From positions 30,628,001-30,692,000 of the forward strand of contig NC_043009.1 in the NCBI RefSeq assembly GCF_006345805.1: a DNA stretch of 64,000 nucleotides. The letters run 5' to 3'. Shown piece by piece: positions 49,689-63,188 of this stretch. The position numbers and the translations under genes are program-made. Each line of letters begins with the position of its first letter. The stretch's first letter is position 1. This stretch comes from Octopus sinensis. Taxonomy: Eukaryota. The notes beneath the pieces were generated by a model. The model worked only from the letters and a program-made list of their open reading frames with translations, was not told where the DNA came from and ran no database searches.

Positions 49689-51327
49689 TAATGTTCGTCC
49701 TTCGGGTTCGAAGATGACCACTGACATCATCTGGTGGAACTGCCGCTATGAGACCGGAGGTGGCTGGTGAGGCCAATCCAGGCAAGGAAGCCCCTCCCAC
49801 ATGTGGGGCAGAAGTGGGTAGGGGCCGTGTTACACTTGCAGGCGGCTCTGGCTTTCCGCATCTGGCGTTTCTGCTCTGCTGACCGAATCCGTCCCTCTTC
49901 GGCTGTCCCTGCTCTTGCAGTGATTGCGCTGCGCCAGGATGAGCGGTCGGCAGCAAGTGTCTCCCAGGTCTCTGTGCCGATGGAGAAGTCTTTGAGAGAG
50001 ACCTTGAGACTGTCCTTGAAGCGCTTCTTCTGCCCTCCGACTTTGCGTTTGCCCTGGCTGAGTTCACCGTAGAAGAGCTGTTTTGGGATGCGAGTGTCGG
50101 ACATGCGGGAGACGTGGCCCGCCCATCTCAGCTGGGCCTTGCGCATGATCGTGATGGTGCTAGGGAGATCTGCCTGCTTCAGAACTTCCGTGTCTGGGAA
50201 TTTGTCCTGCCAGCAGATGTGAAGGAGGTTCCGAAGACACCTAAGGTGGAAGTGGTTTATCTGGCGCTCGTGCCTTCGGTAAGCAGTCCACGTCTCGCAG
50301 CCATATAGTAGGGTGGTAAGCACGGCTGCCCGGTAGACTTTCAGCTTGGTGTTGAGGCTGATTCCTCTCCGCTCCCAGACTTTCTTTCGCAGTCTCCCAA
50401 ACGCGCTGCTTGCCTTGGAGATGCTGCTGATGATTTCAGCATCTATGTTGGCATTGCAGGAGAGAGTGCTGCCCAGGTAGGTGAAGTTTTCCACCGCTCG
50501 TAGGATCCGTCCGTTCACCTTTATCTGAGGCTCATGGTATTGTTTGCCGGGGGCTGGCTGAAACATCACTTCGGTTTTCTTGGCACTGATGGTGAGACCG
50601 AAGTTGTCACAGGCTGATGAGAACCTGTCCATCCCGAGCTGCATTTCCTGCTCATCGATTGCATTAAGGGCGCAGTCGTCAGCAAAGAGAAAGTCTCTGA
50701 CGACTGTCTCCCTTACCTTTGTGATGGCCTGCAATCTTCTGGAGTTGAAAAGTTTCCCGTCTGTCCTGTACTTGATGTCGATACCGGACTTGCAGTCCCT
50801 GAAGGCGTCGGACAGCATTGCCGAGAACATGATGCTGAACAGTGTTGGGGCCAGGATACCGCCCTGTCTGACTCCGTTGGTCACCTGGAAGGCTTCAGAT
50901 GAATTACCGTCTTCAAGGACTCTGGCTGTCATTCCGTCGTGGAACTGGCGGACAATTGCAATAAATTTGCTGGGGCAACCAAATTTTCCCATGACCTTCC
51001 ATAGTCCCTCCCGACTGACTGTATCGAAAGCCTTGGTGAGGTCAACAAAGGTCATGCAGAGGTCAAGGTGCTGCTTCATGCATTTCTCCTGGAGCTGGCG
51101 GGCGGCGAATATCATGTCAGTGGTCCCTCGACCCACGCGGAAGCCACACTGGCTCTCAGGGAGAAGGCCTTGCTCCAAGTGTTCCAGAAGGCGGTCAAGC
51201 AGGACTCAGGCCAGGATCTTGCCTGCTATGGACAAGAGGGAATTTGCTCGGTGGTTGTCGCAGGACTGCCGATCTCCTTTCCGTTTATAAATGTGGACGA
51301 TTGTTGCGTCCCGGAAACTCCCTCAAG
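49689..51327 (-). mobile_element. RTE-clade (BovB-like) LINE, 5'-truncated, young
   Basis: 10-bp TSD ACACACATAA at 49679-49688 and 51328-51337; 38-nt 3' UTR with stem-loop CTTCG-AACC-CGAAG; RT frame continues upstream of the ORF past a single TGA (51206-51208). Confidence 0.95.
49727..51178 (-). pseudogene. RTE ORF remnant: reverse transcriptase and C-terminal zinc-finger-like motif (483 open codons, no native start)
   Basis: LPESQCGFR, FVDLTKAFDTV, GVRQGGILAPTLF, FLFADDCAL, FTYLGS, CPTCGRGF...LTSHLRSH. Confidence 0.92.
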
Positions 51328-51529
51328 ACACACATAAACACTCAAACAACAAACATACACATGCATATACAGAAACACTCACCCACACATAAACACACAT
51401 ATTTGTATATAAGTATGTATTTATGTAATGTATGTATACATATATCTGTGTATGTAGGTATTTATATATATATATAGTCGCCATGATAAATAGTTAGCCA
51501 CTACACACATTTTTTTCTCCCCTTGTTTT

Positions 51530-51661
51530 TTCTGTGTCCCTTTCTGTAGAAGTGCGTAGGCTTGAAACGTAAAAGACTTTTTCTATTCCTGAGCGTTATT
51601 CTGATATATCTGTTTGTTTTGTACACCACCTGTCTTCGTCTTTTGTTTTTTCTTAAGCTCT

Positions 51662-51664
<3 letters not shown>
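51530..51664 (+). mobile_element. Solo PLE terminal fragment with HHR-like motif (51540-51575)
   Basis: CUUU-CUGUAGA-A-GUGC(GUAG)GCUU-GAAA-CG-UA-AAAG; downstream homologous to 7870-7966; ends in (TA)n. Confidence 0.7.
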
Positions 51665-51712
<48 letters not shown>

Positions 51713-51722
51713 TGTGTGTGTA

Positions 51723-51755
<33 letters not shown>

Positions 51756-52430
51756 ATATATGTATGTATGTAAAAACACTTCGTGAGAGATGTGATGGAT
51801 TAAAAAATGTACATAACGACAGATTTATAGAAAAATTGTTCAAGAGATAAACATATATATTGACAAGAAAGAAATGAATAGCGTTATACAATATACAGGG
51901 GCACTTGAATATAGAGACAGATTGACAATCTGACAAGTAAAATAAACAGTTAGATCAGACCAATGGAAAAATAGGTAAATAAACTGATAGAAAGACAAAC
52001 GAACACATATATATTTACAGGCAGAGCTTGAGCTAGACGAGTTTAAAGTACTTTCATCACGCCCAGCATTTAAATAATGAAATTATATATTCATGCTTTT
52101 TATTTCTTTTGCAAAAATTTTTCAATCACCAATTCATTCCATGAAGGAAAAGTTGGAAGAGAGCTTATATAATTGTTGTTGGTGTTAAGGGGTGGGAGGT
52201 TCTACATTCTTTGTTTCATTTTTCTTCTTTTAGTGACATCTTGATTGAAGATTCTATTATAAATAAATAGTCACTAATGAGATGAATATTCAACACATAT
52301 ATGTATAAAAATATATATCTATATATGTTTATATGTAAGTATGTATGTATGTGTATATATATATATACTTATGTGTGTGTATATATATATACATGTATAT
52401 ATTATATAATATATATATATATGTATATAT

Positions 52431-52464
<34 letters not shown>

Positions 52465-53331
52465 TGAACATATATTTATGCATATAATTAATATATATAC
52501 ACATACATATAAATATGTATATATATGCTTATAAATATATGTATATAGATCTGTGTGTGTGTGTGTGTGTGTGTAATACACATTCATAAAATTACGCAGA
52601 AACACAAACTCGCCAGCAGTTTATGTATATATGTATATACATGCATTATCATTATTATTATTATTTTTATTATTATTATTATTATTATCATTATTGTTAT
52701 TTTCTTCTTCTCTTCCTCTACCCCATCTTTCTATTATCATTATTACTATTATTATCATTCTTATCATCATCATCATCATCATCATCATCATGTACTTACT
52801 TTCTTTAATGATCTCACTTTGTTTTTTGGATCACACACACGAACACACACATACACGTCTATGTAAGCATTCATATATATATATGCACATGCACTGATGC
52901 ACACGTGTATATACACATCTGTTTTTTGTGTTGTTTTTTTCTTCAATATATATTCTTTTATTTGTTATTTTGCATATCGTTAATTATTTCTGACTTTGTT
53001 GCTGTTGTTCTTTCTTTCCCAGCTCCTTAATTAATATTGTTAAACCTCGTGGTTCATTAAGGCTAAACATTTAATATATACATGAAATTAAATTTATAAA
53101 ATTTGAAAAATCCACAGAAATGAATGAATATTTTACTAATAGTTTGCCATATTTTACCGACGGCCATTTTCTAGAACCGACAGAACTAGCGTTTTCCAGT
53201 TTGCTTCTCCATTCTTCTTTATTTCTTCAATCGTTTGCTTTATAGTTTTTCTTGTTGCCCTCCTTCAGTTTTCTACTTACTCATCCTGCTTCTCCTCCTC
53301 CTCCTCCTCCTCCTATTATTATCCATGCGGC

Positions 53332-53725
53332 AAGGCGGCAGAAACGTTAGCATGCCGGGCGTCACTGCGTTCTGAGTTCAAATTCCGCCAAGGTCGACTT
53401 TGCCTTTCATCCTTTCAGGGTCGATAAATTAAGTACCAGGTACGCACTGGGGTCGATGTAATCGACTTAATCTGTTTTTTGTCCTTGTTTGTCCCCCTCT
53501 TTGTTTAGCCCCTTGTGGGCAATAAAGAAATAAGAAACGTTAGCACACCAAGCGAAATGCTTAGTGACATTTCGTCCGTCTTCATATTTTAAGCTCAAAT
53601 TCCGCTGCAGTCGACTTTGCCTTTCATCCTTTCCTGGTCGGTAAATTGGGTTCCAGTTCAGATGTAATCGTTTAAATCCTCTTCCCTTAAGCTTCAATCC
53701 TCGTGCCTATAGTAGAAAGGATTAT
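53332..53725 (+). mobile_element. Second composite SINE AB (tail-A unit plus 5'-truncated tail-B unit)
   Basis: Tail A ends at 53532, restart at internal AGAAACGTTAGC (53533); degenerate flanking repeat ATTATC(C)ATG. Confidence 0.8.
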
Positions 53726-53860
53726 CATGTATTCATTTCTTTAATAATTTCATTCTTTTTATCTTCATGTAAATGTTCACTTGGATTACTTTCTAGTTTT
53801 GCAAACATTCTCGGCCTTTCTAGTTAATATATTCTATATAATTAATTATTCATTATTATT

Positions 53861-54160
53861 AGTTTTCTTCATCATAGGTTTTGTTGTAACTCCTGAAGTC
53901 TTCTATGCATAGCGGGCTTGCTACCAGAAGCCTAAGGTACCATGCTATTCGTTCTTTTCAGCTATCTAATACTCTCCTGATTATTCTTGCTATGCCAAGG
54001 AGGCAAACCTTTTGTAAAAGTTCTACTGGTGCCTTCTGATACACCTCCCAAAGGCCCAATAATAATTGACACTATCTTCATTTTCCATATCCAGGCTAAT
54101 TTGTACGTAAGAAGGTTGTATTTATCTATGTTTTTGCCTTCCTTCTTGACTATTAGTGGC
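53861..54160 (-). mobile_element. Third RLE-type LINE 3' fragment in an (ATT)-rich site
   Basis: VKKEGKNIDKYNLLTYKLAWIWKMKIVSIIIGPLGGV resembles the RLE C-terminus; ATT runs on both sides. Confidence 0.65.
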
Positions 54161-54191
54161 ATTATTATTATTACTATTATTATTATTATGA

Positions 54192-54395
54192 TGGCAGTGA
54201 CCTGGCAGAATCATTAGCACACTAGATGGAATGCTTCGCTGTATTCCTCCCATTGCTACATTCTGACTTTAAGTTTGCCAAGGCGAATTTGCTTTCCATC
54301 CTTCGGAGTTGATAAATTAAGTTCCAGTTGAGTACTGGGATCAAAGTAACCCCTTCACCCACATTTCAGGAACTGTGCCTATAGTAGTAAGGATT
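54192..54395 (+). mobile_element. SINE family AB, tail B, old
   Basis: CTGGCAGAATCATTAGCAC...TGTGCCTATAGTAGTAAGGATT. Confidence 0.7.
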
Positions 54396-54408
54396 AATAT
54401 TATTATTA

Positions 54409-54785
54409 TTACCTCTGCCTTAGTGAAGGCAGGCGTATTGTTTTCAGTCACGTTTGTTTGCTTGTATGTGTGTTGGTTTGTCCGTGGACAAAATATATCT
54501 CAAGAACCACTGGATAGATTCGAATGAGACTTTCAGGGATGTTTGGCCACGTGACTGGTATGAACTGTTTAGATTTTGTGATTGATCCGGTACTGGATAA
54601 GGATTTTGAATTATTTTCCGGCTTTTTTACTTAATATTTTAGAGTGGACTCGTTGATTTATAGTATTCCTGCTTGTGAGAGTTGTGTTTATTTCAGATAT
54701 TCTCATTTTAAAAATCATCTCTGGCTAATAGTTAAGAGGACGTTGGTGTTGCCTTGGCAGAGGTTTGCGCTCTCTGAGTGCTCTT
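54409..54785 (+). mobile_element. Helentron-associated non-autonomous element (HINE/DINE-1-like), best copy
   Basis: SubTIRs ACCTCTGCC 54411-54419 / GGCAGAGGT 54756-54764; 5' hairpin CTGCCTT-AGTG-AAGGCAG 54415-54432; 3' hairpin GCGCTC-TCT-GAGTGC 54767-54781; TT at both ends. Confidence 0.75.
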
Positions 54786-54837
54786 GTTATTATTGTTGTA
54801 GTTGTTTTTGTTGTCATCATCATCATCATCATCATCA

Positions 54838-55143
<306 letters not shown>

Positions 55144-55504
55144 TATTATTATTCAGGAACGTTTGTGTGCTACTATAATATGGTTGTTTTATGAAGAACT
55201 AAGTCTTCACATTTTAACCCCAGAGAAACAATTTTCCAGCTGGTTTACGATACAACGTATGTCCGCGATAATATGAGTGAAGGAGCGAATCACTCCCCTC
55301 CAGCTTGGCAAGGCCAGTAGACCATGATTTCTGGGTCTTTACCCTTAGCCTCCCATGTAAATTACTAAATTTCTTTAGCCATTACCCTTGAACCAAATCT
55401 GGTCCTGGGCCCTTCCAATTCACACTGACAGACTTCCTTTAGCTATTAACTGGCTCCGAAATTTCGCTGGCATTTCAAAAGTGTTGAATGAAAGTTACCA
55501 GTAT

Positions 55505-55895
55505 AGGCGCAGGAGTGGCTGTGTGGTAAGTAGCGTGTTTACCAACCACGTGGTACCGGGTTCAGTCCCACCTACTATAGCCTCGGGCCGACCAAAGCCT
55601 TGTGAGTGGATTTGGTAGACGGAAACTGAAAGAAGCCCGTCGTATATATGTATATGTATGTATATGTGTGTGTGCGTGTATGTTTGTGTTTGTCCCCCTA
55701 TCATTGCTTGACAACCGATGCTGGTGTGTTTATGTCCCCGTCACTTAGCGGTTCGGCAAAAGAGACCGATAGAATAAGTACTGGGCTTACAAAGAATAAG
55801 TCCCGGGGTCGAGTTGCTCGATTAAAGGCGGTGCCCCAGCATGGCCGCAGTCAAATGACTGAAACAAGTAAAAGAGAAAAAGAGTAAAAAAGAGT
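55505..55895 (+). mobile_element. SINE family C lacking the CORE-like segment
   Basis: Head AGGCGCAGGAGTGGCTGTGTGGTAAG; TCAGTCCCAC joins directly to CTACTATAGCC; (AAAAGAG)-type tail. Confidence 0.85.
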
Positions 55896-56379
55896 ATGTG
55901 GCAACAGAATATCCTTGTTTCAAACACATATTTTCTCCACCACCTATTGTAGCCTTTAGACTCAATAAGAAAATAAGAGAATTATTTACCCCTATTTCTC
56001 ACTCCAAGAAAACGAACATTGGAGTATCTGCACGCTGTACCTTGAAAAAACAACCTCAAGAGAAGTAAGCCCTGTTCATTGTGCAACAACATGAGTGAAG
56101 TGAATTCCACCAGGAATCATAACAGAAATGTCATGATTCATTCAGAAGGGGGACATATAGAGATCCCCATTTGGTGTACGTGGCAGGATGCTTCAATGGT
56201 ATCATAGTTCTGCCATGCAAGACTAGAAGCTGAAGTGTACATTGGCGTTATGTGAAATCTCATTCTGACAGCGTAACGCGAATATGGAGCATATATTCTG
56301 GCATTCTACTCAGTCAGATGTCAAGCAAAAAGAAAATAGATGAGGACGCGGATGAGGAAGGAAAGAAGAAGAGGAAGAA

Positions 56380-56421
<42 letters not shown>

Positions 56422-56636
56422 AATGAATTGGAGGAATAATCGGAAAGGGAGGACACGAAGGAGAAAATGGAAGATGGAGAGAATGAGGCTGAGCTGAAGA
56501 GGAGGAGTGAAGGAAAGAGAACATGACAATGAGAGGAAGGGTGAAATAGTATTAGCAGCAGCAGCAGTAGTAAAAGTAGCAGTAGCAGCAGCAGTAGGAT
56601 GAGGATGAGTGGTGGTGCTGGTAGTAGTAGTAGTAT

Positions 56637-56687
<51 letters not shown>

Positions 56688-56695
56688 TAGTAGTG

Positions 56696-56734
<39 letters not shown>

Positions 56735-57979
56735 AAAGTAGCAGTAGTAGTAGTAGTAGTAGCGGTAGTAGTAGGACGAGAAAGAGGAGTGGTGGTGGTG
56801 CTGGTAATAGTAGGAGAAGAAGAAGAAGAAGAAGAAGAAGAAGAAGAAGAAAGAAGTGGTGGTGTTACAGAAGGATTCTCATTTCCGTTACATCTCTAAG
56901 ACAAGTTGAGAGGAGAAAGGAATGAAGAGCAGAAGATTAGAAAGAAACACTGAGGAGCGAAATGAATGCAAAACAGAAGTCATTATCAATACGGTTAGTG
57001 TAGAATTAATAAACTACAGCAAAACATTAATATACTAAGTTTACCATTAATGTAAGCTATATCTTTAAAGCTCGAGCAATATTATAAAAAGAGAAATATC
57101 AGAAAGAATATTGGCAGCATTTAGATGCAGAACAGTTATATTTGACATAACTTGGAGCAAAAGAAAGCAAGGGGAAAAAAAAAAAGGTTTCGGTATAAGC
57201 AGAAAACTATAAAATCTGTAGAAGCATATCTATATAAATGCCACAAAGAATTCGAATATAAATCTTTTACAAATAGCAACAGAACATAAAAAGGCAATCA
57301 TGTTTTCTCTATATTTGTGGGGCTAATAAATAGAGAATATATAAACTGGTGCTATAGTAGAAGGGAGAAAGAAAAACGAAAACACAAAATGCAACAGCGT
57401 AAAGGGGGAAAAAATTATTGTGTTAAACAAATCGTAGGGTAAACTGTAACAGTAAATGTCTTATCAGACTTTCGCGTATATCTAGTTCTTGTTCGTTGCA
57501 GTTTCTATTTCTTTCTCTTAGCGTTTGTATCAATTTTTATTTGATACGTCTAAGTCATTCGTTTCTTGAGATTATTATTGACATCTCAACATATCTTCTT
57601 ATTTCGTGCGTATATGAAACTGGTTTTTACCCTACAACGCTTAACTCTAGCTAAACGAGTCTTTAGAAGTTACATAACCTACGTTACTACTAGCAATCTC
57701 ACTCAAGTGACGCCTCAGACATGCAATTACAACGACCTCTGTTCTTCTGAATTAGCAAGCAGCATATCATCTCCATCCCAGCCATTGGAATAACCTGTCT
57801 GTCCTCACTTCATCGTTAGTCTCTACGTTATTCAGATCGTATGTCTCATACTTTACAACCATTATTCTTCAGATCGATTTCTTATATATTTTAACATTAA
57901 TGATTCTACTTGCGCACACACACACATGTCTTTGTATGTATGTACTATGTAAGTATGCATGCACGCATGTACGTGTGTG

Positions 57980-58090
57980 TCATTACTCAGCTTTATTCCA
58001 AGATTTCTTGCCAATAGAGAAAGATTCGGTTTCTAATCTCGATGCAAGGCTCCTCAATTGGAATTTCAACAACAACAACTGAGTATTTTT
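57980..58090 (-). mobile_element. Second copy of the ~110-bp repeat at 11177-11290
   Basis: TCATTACTCAGCTTTATTCCAAGATTTCTTGCCAATA...TTGGAATTTCAAC...CTGAGTATTTTT. Confidence 0.6.
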
Positions 58091-58845
58091 ACTGTTCCAG
58101 TAATGGATTGAATTTGTAATCATCGAATACATATGCATGTATGTATCTATGTATTATTTAGAGAGAATGAGCCACAACATATAACTCCCAGCAGCCAGCT
58201 GCATATATTTGAAAAACATAGACAAATGCAGGTATATTGAATATCACACAAAATGAATTCTTGAAATGCCCTGTCTGAAATGCTCCTTGATCGATATGAG
58301 CGAATATGTTTTATAAATTCTATAATTTGTAGTTCTTCATCCATCGTGGATTATCGCTAGCAGAAACATGTTTAATTGATATGAAAACAAAACTATAACC
58401 GTATGCTCCATGATACTTTCTCATACTATATATCAGAGGTCATTATGTAGCAAGCATCCGACCGGTTCCTTTGCCTTGAATATATATTTGATAACTTCCT
58501 GCCAGTAGTTCTCGACCCAGTTGCAAAACAGCATAACTCACCCATAATATTATAAAGAGGTATTTTAATGAAGAGTAGATAAAATTAGGATATCAACATT
58601 CGTTCCCAACACAATCATGGTGCATCCTCAGCAATCAATTGTAATCATCCGTCAACTCGTATCTTTCTTTTATCTGTCGTGGTAGGGAGTAAGGTATATT
58701 CCACATGGATATCATAGGAACACAGGGGGTAAATAGACTTAACTAAATACAAGCAGTCTACAATTTCTGCTAGTCTTTCTATAATAATATAAATATATTA
58801 TGATAATGTTAATAGTAATTATAATATAATAAGAATGTCTGTGAA

Positions 58846-58955
58846 AGGCATAAGGCCTGAAATTTTGGGTGGAATCTGAACTCGAAACGTAGCGTCAGGC
58901 AAATTATACTAAGCATTTCGCCCGGCATGCTAACGAGTTTGCCAGCTCACCACCT
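58846..58955 (-). mobile_element. SINE AB with internal deletion (head fused to tail)
   Basis: GCATAAGGCCTGAAATTTTGGG joined directly to TGGAATCTGAACTC...GCATGCTAACGAGTTTGCCAGCTC. Confidence 0.7.
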
Positions 58956-58997
58956 TTTTATACAATAATATTAATAATAATTATGATGATTCCTTTA

Positions 58998-59150
58998 CAT
59001 TTTGAGTTCAAATTCCACCCAGGTCGACTTTACCTTTCATCCTTTTGGGGTCGATAAATTAAGTACAAGTTGTGTACTAGGGTTGTTCTAATTGACTGGC
59101 CCCCGGCCCCAAAATTTCAGGCCTTGTGCCTAGAGTAGAAAAGAATAATT
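58998..59150 (+). mobile_element. SINE AB, 5'-truncated, tail B
   Basis: GAGTTCAAATTCCACCCAGGTCGACTTTACC...TTGTGCCTAGAGTAGAAAAG. Confidence 0.8.
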
Positions 59151-60167
59151 ATAATGATTCCTCTGCGAGTATATCTATGTATGTTACCAAAACACTAAAT
59201 AATGTTTTCTGTTTGTCAAAAATCAAAATATATTAAAAATTCCAAACTTGGTATAGTTTAATATAAATTATACAGACCATCTTCTCTCAAGTTCAGCACC
59301 ACACTCTCTCTAACTTTCATAAAGTGGTATCAACCCTCCCTTTACTTCCTGTCTCTATTTTTGAACCCAGATTTTCTTCTTTCTCCCTTCCGAGTTCCAT
59401 TTTGATTTATCTTGTTGGCCGTCATGTTTCCACTTCATAACGATATCAATTTAATCTTTGATTTATAACAATTATCATTTTATTTTTGAAATATATTTAA
59501 TATTTTGCACATTTCTCTAATTTATGATTTTTATATTATTTATCTTTTTTTAAAATTTCAGTATTTGTTGATCTCCAGCTTCCAAATAAATATTTACATG
59601 TTATTTCACAAATTTTTTGTTTTATTTTCAATAACATTCTATATTAGTTATATTCCCATCCACTTCAATTTTTCTTACAGATACTCACAAACATACTTTG
59701 CTTATACCATTCCTATAAAAGTTTAAGAAAATGTAGTGAGTGTCAAGAAAGCGATTTGTCTTTAATTATTTTCCTGTTTATTTACTTCAATTCCATATTG
59801 AAAATGTTGAATAGAATAAATAGAAGGAGGTAACAGCATGTATACTATGTTTTAAGGGAATTTTGGCTGCTATGAGGGATACCCTACTGGCCCTTTCGTG
59901 TTATGTCAGTGACAGTTGATGCAAAAATCTAACTAGACAAATTGTCATATGTAGTGTAAAATGAGTGGGAGTAAATGCAATTTTAGATGTTTAACCATTT
60001 TGGAAGTTTTAACACAAACCTTATTGAATTAAAGAATACTTTTTCTTTAAATATTGACCCAAAGGCATTTGAATTTAATACCAAATTTCAGATAAAGTTT
60101 CAACACCTGCAACACATTTAATAAAACTAAACTAAGAGAATTAGATAGATAGTACATACATACATAC

Positions 60168-60444
60168 ATTATGGCTGCCCCCTCCTTATCGAGTATGGCC
60201 ATTACACGAAGCTTAACTGTTACTGGTGCTATGATCGAATGTGACTTTTTAGCCCAGCTAAAGATCTACAATGTCTTGTACAGAATTGGCAACTAATACC
60301 TTTACCGGTAATAGCCGGCTGTAGTTGTAACTGGGCTTCATGTACCTTTGCATGTCGTTTAAGTCCTCCTGCCGAATTACACTCTCTTCCACATGCCCGA
60401 CATATATGGTTAGTATGGTGTGTTACACCACCACCAGTGGTGTA
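60168..60444 (-). mobile_element. RTE-type LINE extreme 3' fragment encoding two C2H2-like zinc fingers
   Basis: HICRACGRECNSAGGLKRHAKVH...SCQFCTRHCRSLAGLKSHIRS*; 3' end shared with 43640-44182; ACATACATACATAC at 60154-60167 and 60445-60458 (probable TSD). Confidence 0.8.
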
Positions 60445-61647
60445 ACATACATACATACTTACACACAGACACACGTACACACTGACGCACAAACACTCAC
60501 ACTATCTCAGACTGAACTAAAATTGACGTGCTTTAGAGTCTCGATGGGGAAATTCTCGCCTTTGTTGAAGAGATCCATAGTAGAGGCAACCGAGGTAATA
60601 ATAAAATCAGTTCGAGAACCATATGGCAGAGTACGAGCGCACTGAGCCCGTTGCCCCTGCACTATGAACAGAATGTCCAAGACCAGTGACATGCTTCTCT
60701 TTGATAAATTTATGGAAAGCATGAGAAGTGAGAGCCAAACTTTTCAAAAACCTCAAAATCTGCTACCTGAGCAACGATCACATCGGATAAGTCTGGAGTT
60801 GACAGGGATGAGACAAAGGCAATCAGCGAAATGGTAACGTCTGAAGCAGTATTATGGATTTCCTCAACCAGAGTAGACCTGAGGCTAAATAATTACAAAA
60901 AACAAGGTGTTAATACATCCAATAATGTGTATTTCTACCAAAAATAATATTTCGATGTTGCCTCCCTTTTGTTATTTGATAATATAACAAAGAAAAAATA
61001 TGATAGCGTTAGAAATGCAGATGTCTTTCATGAGTAGAATTATTTGTTAGCAACACAGAAGGAAGAAAAAAAAACCTCGTTCTGACAAACACTTGTTATT
61101 TATGATCTAACTTTTTACATTTGAAATAATTTTAACGTTTTGCTGCAGAACAACACAAGTTATCGCAAAGATTATTTTTGTGCGGCTTTCATTTCGTTAT
61201 ATTTCCTTTTATTTTATTTTATTTTATTTATTTATTTATTTATTATTAATGTGACTTTTTGCATGTTTGAGGGAAAATAAGTCTTTGAATTCAGTTGGGG
61301 CGGTAGGGGCTTGCTAATCCCGTTAAGTCAATTCTAAAGAGAATATTATCTTTAAGCTGTGATAATCCATCTCAAACGGTAATATCTGTCAATGGCGGAA
61401 ATGGAAGATTTATAAGTTGACAATATTTCAATTTATGTTCGCGGAGAAGGTAAAATAAAACTAAGAAAGTAAAAATAAAATATATCACCACTAAAGAGTT
61501 TCTCTCACTGCCTATGATTATCTGTAATTTATAATTTATTATCGTTGTTGTTATTGTTAATGTGTCATAATTGTTTTAAAAGTGTTATTTATGGCTGGAG
61601 TTTATTTATGGGAAACAAGAAATACAAACGCAAAACTTATAATATTG

Positions 61648-61858
61648 ATTTCAAATTTTGGTACAAGGCCAGTAATTTCAGGGGGGGGGGCTTAAGTCAA
61701 TTACATCGAACCTAATGCTCAACTGGTACTTATTTTATTGACCCCGAAAGGTTGAAAGTTAAAATCGACCTTGGTGTAATTTGAACTCAAAACGTGAAGA
61801 AGGACGAAATACCGCTAAGCATCTTACTCCGTGTGCTGATGATTCTGCCAGTTGGCCA
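61648..61858 (-). mobile_element. SINE family AB, tail B
   Basis: TCAAATTTTGGTACAAGGCC...ATTTGAACTCAAAACGTG...ATTCTGCCAGTTGGCC. Confidence 0.8.
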
Positions 61859-63105
61859 AAAGCAATGATATTAATAAGATTTATTTTATCAATTCCGGAA
61901 GGATAAATTACAAAGCCGAGCTTCGAAGGATTAGAATTCAGAAGGCAATGTGCCGAATAAAGAATTTATTCAAACTTTATATTTAGACACTACAGCTGCA
62001 ATCCTGTTGGGGTACCACTTTCAAGGATTTAGTTGGTTAAACCGACCCATAAAATTTTTGTCTGTGGAATTTATATTTATTTTACCAAATTGATTTCTCG
62101 AGCTACCACGTCAGGGAGAGAAAGCTATACAATGAAACACAAGCACTCAGCACTTAGACTTTTTAACAGTTGTCCTACGATATCTATATATGAATGTATG
62201 CGGTTATGCATTTTAAATGTATATGGAAGAATGGTAATCATATATATTCTGTAGAAATTGTTGTCACAGACAGTATTACTTCTTGGTTTTTGCTCGTATT
62301 AATTAGTTTATACTTTGAGAGAGGGCTCACTTTTGTTGCGCATGTGTACTTTATTATATAATTTGATGTGCTAGCAATTTCTGCATCCTCATCTTTTTAT
62401 TCCAACACAAATGAATGCTTGAAATATTTAAAAGCACAAACAGACGTTTGATCATTTGTTGTGGCCGTTTATGAGACAGATCTACCAATGCATTATTACT
62501 TCAATTGTCAGAGCACATACAGATTTCTATAGAGATGGAAGTTATGTTTCCCCGGAGATTTGTGAAATTGCTTTCTTCGTTAAATTATCAGCCGTCCCTG
62601 GGGTGGGGTGGATTCTCCATGTATATCTACTTTATGGGGAATGCTTATGACAGGCTGGTTGTACATTTTAAAACGTAGGTAGGAACGAGTGCAAGATGTT
62701 CTCATATACTCAGTACCTGGTCGTTACCTAGCATTTATATATGTACACACATACACAGAAAAGAACACACACTAGCACACACCTATTCGCATACATACTG
62801 AATAAGTGTCAATAGACGAAACTATCAGTTCCTGAGTCACTCTGCTCTTCTGCTAATTCATAATCAACACGTATGCATACTCGTGTTTTTAGTCCTATAT
62901 TTCTGTTTGAATCAGCGAGCCAACTTATGTAGCATAAAGTCAGGATGCATGAGAGGTGAACATAGATATATTTAACCTCATGTAATCTATCTTCACTGCT
63001 GAATTATTTATATTCTCCTCGCGGAATAATCAATTCTGTTACAGGGACACTTTACACATTACACAAATATGTCATTGATTACTATGTGAACTGATAGCCA
63101 AGTCC

Positions 63106-63188
<83 letters not shown>

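Noticed and set aside
50580-51290. 236-aa + strand ORF (also 49594-50067 in an alternative frame)
   Set aside because: Antisense or overlapping shadows of the GC-rich RTE ORF.
57566-57793. 75-aa + ORF (and the 65-aa - ORF at 58147-58344)
   Set aside because: No domain similarity recognised and no convincing splice pairs.
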